From: Eledone cirrhosa
Taxonomy: Eukaryota
Reading direction: 5' to 3'
DNA length: 64,000 nucleotides
NCBI GenBank assembly: GCA_964016885.1
Contig: OZ024740.1
Location: forward strand, 279,496,001-279,560,000
Under the pieces are notes generated by a model, which had not been told where the DNA came from, did not search any database, and was given only the letters and a program-made list of their open reading frames with translations. Every line of letters starts with the position of its first letter. Positions within the stretch are counted from its first letter, which is position 1. Of this stretch, positions 54,601 to 64,000 are shown in pieces. The position numbers were made by a program, and so were the translations under genes.

Positions 54601-57600
54601 CCATTTTTTATTTGGGTGATCCATTTTTTATTTGGGGGATCCATTTTGTATTTGGGTGATCCATTTTTTATTTGAGCGATCCATTCTTTATTTGAGGGTT
54701 CCATTTTTTATTTGGGTGATCCATTTTTTATTTTGGTGATCCATTTTTTATTTGGGGGATCCATTTTTTATTTGGGCGATCCATTTTTTATTTGGGTGAT
54801 CCATTTTTTATTTGGGGGATCCATTTTTTATTTGTGTGATCCATTTTTTATTTGGGTGATCCATTTTTTATTTGGGGGCCCATTTTTTATTTGGGTGATC
54901 CATTTTTTATTTGGGCGATCCATTTTTTATTTGGCTGATCCATTTTTTATTTGGGTGATCCATTTTTTATTTGGGGGATCCATTTTTTATTTGGGTGATC
55001 CATTTTTTATTTGGGTGAGCCATTTTTTATTTGGGGGATCCATTTTTTATTTGGGTGATCCATTTTTTATTTGGGTGATCCATTTTTTATTTGGGAATCC
55101 ATTTTTTATTTGGGTGATCCATTTTTTATTTGGGAGATCCATCAAATAAAAAATGGATCCCCCAAATAAAAATCGGATCACCATATAAAAAATGGATCAC
55201 CCAAATAAAAAATGGATCCCCCAAATAAAAAATGGATCACCCAAATAAAAACTGGATCCCCCAAATAAAAAATGGATCACCCAAATAGATAATGTATCCC
55301 CCAAATAAAAAATGGATCCGCCAAATAAAAAAGGGATCCATTTTTTATTTGGGTGATCCATTTTTTATTTGGGGGATCCATTTTTTATTTGGGTGATCTA
55401 TTTTTTATTTGGGTGATTCATTTTTTATTTGGGTGATCCATTTTTTATTTGGGTGATCCATTTTTTATTTGGAGGATCCATTTTTTATTTGGGTGATCCA
55501 TTTTTTATTTGGGTGATCCATTTTTTATTTGTGGGATCCATTTTTTATTTGGGTGATCCATTTTTTATTTGAATGATCCATTTTTTATTTGGATGATCCA
55601 TTTTTTTGGGGGAGATCCATTTTTTATTTGGGTGATCCATTTTTTATTTGGGGGATCCATTTTTTATTTGGGTGATCCATTTTTTATTTGGGTGATCCAT
55701 TTTTTATTTGGGGGATCCATTTTTTATTTGGGTGATCCATTTTTTATTTGGGGGATCCATTTTTTATTTGGAGGATCATTTTTTATTTGGGTGATCCATT
55801 TTTTATTTGGGGGGATCTATTTTTTATTTGGGTGATCCATTTTTTATTTGGGTGATCCATTTTTTATTTGGGTGATCCATTTTTTATTTGGTGGATCCAT
55901 TTTTTATTTGGGAGATCCATTTTTATTTGGGGGTCCATTTTTTTGGGGGTGATCCATTTTCCATTTGGGTGATCCATTTTGTATTTGGGTGATCCATTTT
56001 TTATTTGGGTGATCCATTTTTTATTGGGGAGATCCATTTTTTATTTGGGTGATCCATTTTTTATTTGAGTGATCCATTCTTTATTTGAGGGATCCATTTT
56101 TTATTTGGGTGATTCATTTTTCATTTGGGTGATCCATTTTTTATTTGGGGGATCCATTTTTTATTTGGGCGATCCATTTTTTATTTGGCTGATCCAGTTT
56201 TTATTTGGGTGATCCATTTTTTATTTGGGTGATACATTTTTTATTTGGGGGATCCATTTTTTATTTGGGGGATCCATTTTTTATTTGGGTGATCCATTTT
56301 TTATTTGGGTGATCCATTTTTTATGTTTTGGATCCATTTTTTGTTTGGGGGATCCATTTTTTATTTGGGTGATCCATTTTTTATTTGGGTGATCCATTTT
56401 TTATTTGGAGGATCCATTTTTTATTTGGGTGATCGAATTTTTATTTGGAGGATGCATTTTTTATTTGGGTGATCCATTTTTTATTTGGGTGATCAATTTT
56501 TTATTTGGGGGATCCATTTTTTATTTGGGTGATCCATTTTTTATTTGGGTGTCCATTTTTTATTTGGGTGATCCATTTTTTATTTGGGGGATCCATTTTT
56601 TATTTGGGGGATCCATTTTTTATTTGGGTGATCCATTTTTTATTTGGGGGATCCATTTTTATTTGGGTGATCCATTTTTTATTTGGGTGATCCATTTTTT
56701 ATTTGGGGGATCCATTTTTTATTTGGGTGTTCCATTTGTTATTTGGGTGATCCATTTTTTATTTGGGGCTCCATTTTTTATTTGGGTGATCCATTTTTTA
56801 TTTGGGGGATCCATTTTTTATTTGGGGGATCCATTTTTTATTTGGGTGATCCATTTTTTATTTGGGGATCCATTTTTTATTTGGGCGATCCATTTTTTAT
56901 TTGGGTGATCCATTTTTTATTTGGGTGATCCATTTTTTATTTGGGTGATCCATTTTTTATTTGGAGGAGACATTTTTTATTTAGGGATCCATTTTTTATT
57001 TGGGGATCCATTTTTTATTTGGGTGATCCATTTTTTATTTGGGGGATCCATTTTTTATTTGGGGGATCCATTTTTTATTTGGGGGATCCATTTTTTACTT
57101 GGGTGATCCATTTTTTATTTGGGGGAACCAGTTTTAATTTGGGTGATCCATTTTTTATTTGGGGGATCCATTTTTTATTTGGGTGATCCATTTTTTATTT
57201 TGAGGATCCAGTTTATATTTGGGGGATCCATTTTTTATTTGGGGGATCCATTTTTTATTTGGGTGTTTCATTTTTTATTTGGGTGATCCATTTTTTATTT
57301 GGGGGATCCATTTTTTATTTGGATGATCCATTTTTTATTTGGGAGATCCATCAAATAAAAAATGGATCCCCCAAATAAAAAATGGATCCCTCAAATAAAA
57401 AATGGATCACCCAAATAAAAAATGGATCACCCAAATAAAAAATGTATCCCCAAATAAAAAATGGATCCCCCAAATATAAAATGGATCCCACAAATAAAAA
57501 ATGGATCACCCAAATAAAAAATGGATCCCCCAAATAAAAAATAGATCACCCAAATAAAAAAGGGATCCATTTTTTATTTGGGTGATCCATTTTTTTATTT

Positions 57601-60600
57601 GGGTGATTCATTTTTTATTTGGGGGATCCATTTTTTATTTGGGTGATCCATTTTTTATTTGGGTGATCCATTTTTTATTTGGGGGATCCATTTTTTATTT
57701 GGGTGATCCATTTTTTATTTGGGGGATCCATTTTGTATTTGGGTGATCCATTTTTTATTTGAGCGATCCATTCTTTATTTGAGGGTTCCATTTTTTATTT
57801 GGGTGATCCATTTTTTATTTTGGTGATCCATTTTTTATTTGGGGGATCCATTTTTTATTTGGGCGATCCATTTTTTATTTGGGTGATCCATTTTTTATTT
57901 GGGGGATCCATTTTTTATTTGGGTGATCCATTTTTTATTTGGGTGATCCATTTTTTATTTGGGGGCCCATTTTTTATTTGGGTGATCCATTTTTTATTTG
58001 GGCGATCCATTTTTTATTTGGCTGATCCATTTTTTATTTGGGTGATCCATTTTTTATTTGGGGGATCCATTTTTTATTTGGGTGATCCATTTTTTATTTG
58101 GGTGAGCCATTTTTTATTTGGGGGATCCATTTTTTATTTGGGTGATCCATTTTTTATTTGGGTGATCCATTTTTTATTTGGGAATCCATTTTTTATTTGG
58201 GTGATCCATTTTTTATTTGGGAGATCCATCAAATAAAAAATGGATCCCCCAAATAAAAATCGGATCACCATATAAAAAATGGATCACCCAAATAAAAAAT
58301 GGATCCCCCAAATAAAAAATGGATCACCCAAATAAAAACTGGATCCCCCAAATAAAAAATGGATCACCCAAATAGATAATGTATCCCCCAAATAAAAAAT
58401 GGATCCGCCAAATAAAAAAGGGATCCATTTTTTATTTGGGTGATCCATTTTTTATTTGGGGGATCCATTTTTTATTTGGGTGATCTATTTTTTATTTGGG
58501 TGATTCATTTTTTATTTGGGTGATCCATTTTTTATTTGGGTGATCCATTTTTTATTTGGGAGATCCATCAAATAAAAAATGGATCCCCCAAATAAAAATC
58601 GGATCACCATATAAAAAATGGATCACCCAAATAAAAAATGGATCCCCCAAATAAAAAATGGATCACCCAAATAAAAACTGGATCCCCCAAATAAAAAATG
58701 GATCACCCAAATAGATAATGTATCCCCCAAATAAAAAATGGATCCGCCAAATAAAAAAGGGATCCATTTTTTATTTGGGTGATCCATTTTTTATTTGGGG
58801 GATCCATTTTTTATTTGGGTGATCTATTTTTTATTTGGGTGATTCATTTTTTATTTGGGTGAACCATTTTTTATTTGGGTGATCCATTTTTTATTTGGAG
58901 GATCCATTTTTTATTTGGGTGATCCATTTTTTATTTGGGTGATCCATTTTTTATTTGTGGGATCCATTTTTTATTTGGGTGATCCATTTTTTATTTGAAT
59001 GATCCATTTTTTATTTGGATGATCCATTTTTTTGGGGGAGATCCATTTTTTATTTGGGTGATCCATTTTTTATTTGGGGGATCCATTTTTTATTTGGGTG
59101 ATCCATTTTTTATTTGGGTGATCCATTTTTTATTTGGGGGATCCATTTTTTATTTGGGTGATCCATTTTTTATTTGGGGGATCCATTTTTTATTTGGAGG
59201 ATCATTTTTTATTTGGGTGATCCATTTTTTATTTGGGGGGATCTATTTTTTATTTGGGTGATCCATTTTTTATTTGGGTGATCCATTTTTTATTTGGGTG
59301 ATCCATTTTTTATTTGGTGGATCCATTTTTTATTTGGGAGATCCATTTTTATTTGGGGGTCCATTTTTTTGGGGGTGATCCATTTTCCATTTGGGTGATC
59401 CATTTTGTATTTGGGTGATCCATTTTTTATTTGGGTGATCCATTTTTTATTGGGGGGATCCATTTTTTATTTGGGTGATCCATTTTTTATTTGAGTGATC
59501 CATTCTTTATTTGAGGGATCCATTTTTTATTTGGGTGATTCATTTTTCATTTGGGTGATCCATTTTTTATTTGGGGGATCCATTTTTTATTTGGGCGATC
59601 CATTTTTTATTTGGCTGATCCAGTTTTTATTTGGGTGATCCATTTTTTATTTGGGTGATACATTTTTTATTTGGGGGATCCATTTTTTATTTGGGGGATC
59701 CATTTTTTATTTGGGTGATCCATTTTTTATTTGGGTGATCCATTTTTTATGTTTTGGATCCATTTTTTATTTGGGGGATCCATTTTTTATTTGGGTGATC
59801 CATTTTTTATTTGGGTGATCCATTTTTTATTTGGAGGATCCATTTTTTATTTGGGTGATCGAATTTTTATTTGGAGGATGCATTTTTTATTTGGGTGATC
59901 CATTTTTTATTTGGGTGATCAATTTTTTATTTGGGGGATCCATTTTTTATTTGGGTGATCCATTTTTTATTTGGGTGTCAATTTTTTATTTGGGTGATCC
60001 ATTTTTTATTTGGGGGATCCATTTTTTATTTGGGAGATCCATTTTTTATTTGGGTGATCCATTTTTTATTTGGGGGATCCATTTTTATTTGGGTGATCCA
60101 TTTTTTATTTGGGTGATCCATTTTTTATTTGGGGGATCCATTTTTTATTTGGGTGTTCCATTTGTTATTTGGGTGATCCATTTTTTATTTGGGGGTCCAT
60201 TTTTTATTTGGGTGATCCATTTTTTATTTGGGGGATCCATTTTTTATTTGGAGGAGACATTTTTTATTTAGGGATCCATTTTTTATTTGGGGATCCATTT
60301 TTTATTTGGGTGATCCATTTTTTATTTGGGGGATCCATTTTTTATTTGGGGGATCCATTTTTTATTTGGGGGATCAATTTTTTACTTGGGTGATCCATTT
60401 TTTATTTGGGGGAACCAGTTTTAATTTGGGTGATCCATTTTTTATTTGGGGGATCCATTTTTTATTTGGGTGATCCATTTTTTATTTTGAGGATCCAGTT
60501 TATATTTGGGGGATCCATTTTTTATTTGGGGGATCCATTTTTTATTTGGGTGTTTCATTTTTTATTTGGGTGATCCATTTTTTATTTGGGGGATCCATTT

Positions 60601-62410
60601 TTTATTTGGATGATCCATTTTTTATTTGGGAGATCCATCAAATAAAAAATGGATCCCCCAAATAAAAAATGGATCCCTCAAATAAAAAATGGATCACCCA
60701 AATAAAAAATGGATCACCCAAATAAAAAATGTATCCCCAAATAAAAAATGGATCCCCCAAATATAAAATGGATCCCACAAATAAAAAATGGATCACCCAA
60801 ATAAAAAATGGATCCCCCAAATAAAAAATAGATCACCCAAATAAAAAAGGGATCCATTTTTTATTTGGGTGATCCATTTTTTTATTTGGGTGATTCATTT
60901 TTTATTTGGGGGATCCATTTTTTATTTGGGTGATCCATTTTTTATTTGGGTGATCCATTTTTTATTTGGGGGATCCATTTTTTATTTGGGTGATCCATTT
61001 TTTATTTGGGGGATCCATTTTGTATTTGGGTGATCCATTTTTTATTTGAGCGATCCATTCTTTATTTGAGGGTTCCATTTTTTATTTGGGTGATCCATTT
61101 TTTATTTTGGTGATCCATTTTTTATTTGGGGGATCCATTTTTTATTTGGGCGATCCATTTTTTATTTGGGTGATCCATTTTTTATTTGGGGGATCCATTT
61201 TTTATTTGGGTGATCCATTTTTTATTTGGGTGATCCATTTTTTATTTGGGGGCCCATTTTTTATTTGGGTGATCCATTTTTTATTTGGGCGATCCATTTT
61301 TTATTTGGCTGATCCATTTTTTATTTGGGTGATCCATTTTTTATTTGGGGGATCCATTTTTTATTTGGGTGATCCATTTTTTATTTGGGTGAGCCATTTT
61401 TTATTTGGGGGATCCATTTTTTATTTGGGTGATCCATTTTTTATTTGGGTGATCCATTTTTTATTTGGGAATCCATTTTTTATTTGGGTGATCCATTTTT
61501 TATTTGGGAGATCCATCAAATAAAAAATGGATCCCCCAAATAAAAATCGGATCACCATATAAAAAATGGATCACCCAAATAAAAAATGGATCCCCCAAAT
61601 AAAAAATGGATCACCCAAATAAAAACTGGATCCCCCAAATAAAAAATGGATCACCCAAATAGATAATGTATCCCCCAAATAAAAAATGGATCCGCCAAAT
61701 AAAAAAGGGATCCATTTTTTATTTGGGTGATCCATTTTTTATTTGGGGGATCCATTTTTTATTTGGGTGATCTATTTTTTATTTGGGTGATTCATTTTTT
61801 ATTTGGGTGATCCATTTTTTATTTGGGTGATCCATTTTTTATTTGGAGGATCCATTTTTTATTTGGGTGATCCATTTTTTATTTGGGTGATCCATTTTTT
61901 ATTTGTGGGATCCATTTTTTATTTGGGTGATCCATTTTTTATTTGAATGATCCATTTTTTATTTGGATGATCCATTTTTTGGGGGGAGATCCATTTTTTA
62001 TTTGGGTGATCCATTTTTTATTTGGGGGATCCATTTTTTATTTGGGTGATCCATTTTTTATTTGGGTGATCCATTTTTTATTTGGGGGATCCATTTTTTA
62101 TTTGGGTGATCCATTTTTTATTTGGGGGATCCATTTTTTATTTGGAGGATCATTTTTTATTTGGGTGATCCATTTTTTATTTGGGGGGATCTATTTTTTA
62201 TTTGGGTGATCCATTTTTTATTTGGGTGATCCATTTTTTATTTGGGTGATCCATTTTTTATTTGGTGGATCCATTTTTTATTTGGGAGATCCATTTTTAT
62301 TTGGGGGTCCATTTTTTTGGGGGTGATCCATTTTCCATTTGGGTGATCCATTTTGTATTTGGGTGATCCATTTTTTATTTGAGGGATCCATTTTTTATTT
62401 GATGGTTCTT

Positions 62411-63428
62411 CCAAATAAAAAATGGATCACCCAAATAAAAAAATGATCCCCCAAATAAAAAATGGATCACCCAAATAAAAAATGGATCACCCAAATAAAA
62501 AATAGATCCGCCAAATAAAAAATGGATCCCCCAAATAAAAATGGATCCCCCAAATAAAAAATGGATCACTCAAATAAAAAATGGAACACCCAAATAAAAA
62601 ATGGATCCCCCAAATAAAAAATGGATCCCCCAAATAAAAAATGGATCACCCAAATAAAAAATGGATCCCCCAAATAAAAAATGGATCACCCAAATAAAAA
62701 CTGGATCCCCCAAATAAAAAATGGATCACCCAAATAAAAAATGGATCCCCCAAATAAAAAATGGATCCCCCAAATAAAAAATGGATCACCCAAATAAAAA
62801 ATGGATCCCCCAAATAAAAAATGGATCACCCAAATAAAAACTGGATCCCCCAAATAAAAAATGGATCACCCAAATAAAAAATGGATCCCCCAAATAAAAA
62901 ATGGATCACCCAAATAAAAAATGGATCCCCCAAATAAAAAATGGATCCCCCAAATAAAAAATGGATCCCCCAAATAAAAAATGGATCCCCCAAATAAAAA
63001 ATGGATCACCCAAATAAAAAATGGATCACCCAAATAAAAAATGGATCACCCAAATAAAAAATGCATCCTCCAAATAAAAAATGGATCACCCAAATAAAAA
63101 AAGATCCTAGCAAATAAAAAATGGATCACCCAAATACAAAATGGATCACGCAAATAAAAAATGGATCCCCCAAATAAAAAATGGATCCCCCAAATAAAAA
63201 ATGGATCCCCCAAATAAAAAATGGATCACCCAAATAAAAAATGGATCACCCAAATAAAAAATGGATCACCCAAATAAAAAATGGATCGCCCAAATAAAAA
63301 ATGGATCCCCCAAATAAAAAATGGATAGCCCAAATAAAAAATGGATACCCCAAATAAAAAATGGATCCCCCAAATAAAAAATGGATCACCCAAATAAAAA
63401 ATTGTTCACCCAAATAAAAAATGGATCC
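62411..63428 (-). repeat. Long inverted satellite tract, copy 3
   Basis: Same junctions and markers (offset 11748 from copy 2). It shares the GGATAC variant with copy 2 only. Confidence 0.95.
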
Positions 63429-64000
63429 CTTTTTTATTTAGCGGATCCATTTTTTATTTCGGTGATCCATTTTTTATTTGGTGGATCCATTTTTAATTTG
63501 GGGGATCCATTTTTTATTTGGGTGATCCATTTTTTATTTGGGGGATCCATTTTTTATTTGAGGGATCAATTTTTTATTTGGGTGATCCATTTTTTATTTG
63601 GGTGATCCATTTTTTATTTGGTGATCCATTTTTTATTTGGGGGATCCATTTTTTATTTGGGTGATCGATTTTTTATTTGGGTGATCCATTTTTTATTTGG
63701 GGGATCCATTTTTTATTTGGGTGATCCATTTTTTATTTGGGGGATCCATTTTTTATTTGGGCGATCCATTTTTTATTTGGGGGATCCATTTTTTATTTGG
63801 GGGATCCATTTTTTATTTGGGGGATCCATTTTATATTTGGGTGATCCATTTTTTATTTGGGTGATCCATTTTCTATTTGGGGGATCCATTTTTTATTTGG
63901 GGGATCCATTTTTTATTTGGGGGATCCATTTTTTATTTGAGGGTCCATTTTTTGGGGGGTGATCCATTTTTTATTTTTTGGATCCATTTTTTATTTGGGT

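Larger units (their letters stand above)
1..64000. repeat. Tandem satellite array, 20-bp monomer GATCCATTTTTTATTTGGG(T/G), ~3,200 copies, mostly + orientation with embedded inverted tracts; runs off both window ends
   Basis: The 20-bp periodicity is visible in every line. The last monomer base is T or G, with sporadic substitutions and 1-bp indels. No unique sequence anywhere in the window. Confidence 0.99.
40300..64000. repeat. Super-HOR, period 11,728-11,748 bp (~2 near-identical copies)
   Basis: Offsets 40599/52327, 42536/54264, 45623/57351 and 47267/58995 equal 11728. Offsets 48083/59831, 50627/62375 and 51870/63618 equal 11748. One GGTGG monomer is missing near 47580 in the first copy. 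Confidence 0.93.

Noticed and set aside
346-63962. All listed ORFs (GDPFFIWVIHFLFGGSIFYL-type hydrophobic repeats)
   Set aside because: Three 20-bp monomers give a 60-bp, 20-aa repeat in every frame. Starts are mostly TTG/GTG from the monomer, and stops arise wherever the T variant puts TGA in frame. ORFs overlap in several frames and on both strands, and 1-bp indels are frequent. There is no coding signal.
1-64000. CRISPR array
   Set aside because: The repeats are directly abutting, with no unique spacers, leader or cas genes.
1-64000. Telomeric repeat tract (TTTGGG motif, T/G-rich strand)
   Set aside because: Telomerase-made arrays are unidirectional and lack kb-scale HORs that copy private variants. 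A distant origin from a telomere-like motif cannot be excluded but is unsupported.
1-64000. GATC every 20 bp as Dam/SeqA sites or plasmid iterons
   Set aside because: There is no prokaryotic context, and a >64-kb gene-free array is not compatible with an origin region. GATC is simply part of the monomer.
1-64000. G-quadruplex array
   Set aside because: G3-G5 runs are separated by 15-17-nt loops, well beyond canonical loop lengths, so stable G4 is doubtful without experiment.
1-64000. Pure sequencing artefact (fold-back chimeric reads)
   Set aside because: Junctions and private variants recur identically in many copies with a nested history, which random artefacts would not give. Exact copy numbers still need read support.
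1-64000. Assignment to a named satellite family, species or centromere
   Set aside because: I do not recognise the monomer with confidence. It needs a BLAST/Dfam/Repbase search and chromatin data.

Overview
The whole 64-kb window is one non-coding tandem satellite array. The monomer is 20 bp, consensus GATCCATTTTTTATTTGGG(T/G), about 3,200 copies, 30-35% GC. I see no genes, RNA genes, mobile elements or CRISPR arrays; every ORF in the track is a translation of the repeat. The architecture is the interesting part. (i) By my manual count about 51 reverse-orientation tracts (about 19% of the window) are built into the array: 45 short ~190-210-bp inversions sharing the same two junctions, three ~1-kb inversions whose junctions are reverse complements of those junctions, and three mini-inversions flanked by a ~45-bp direct duplication. 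(ii) Higher-order repeats are nested: a basic ~3.1-kb unit, local tandem duplications of about 339, 875, 932, 1595, 2091, 2723 and 3187 bp, and a near-identical ~11.73-kb super-repeat in the right half. This resembles eukaryotic (peri)centromeric or heterochromatic satellite, but neither organism nor function can be established from the sequence. Counts and breakpoints were read by eye and from ORF-track offsets, so they are approximate.
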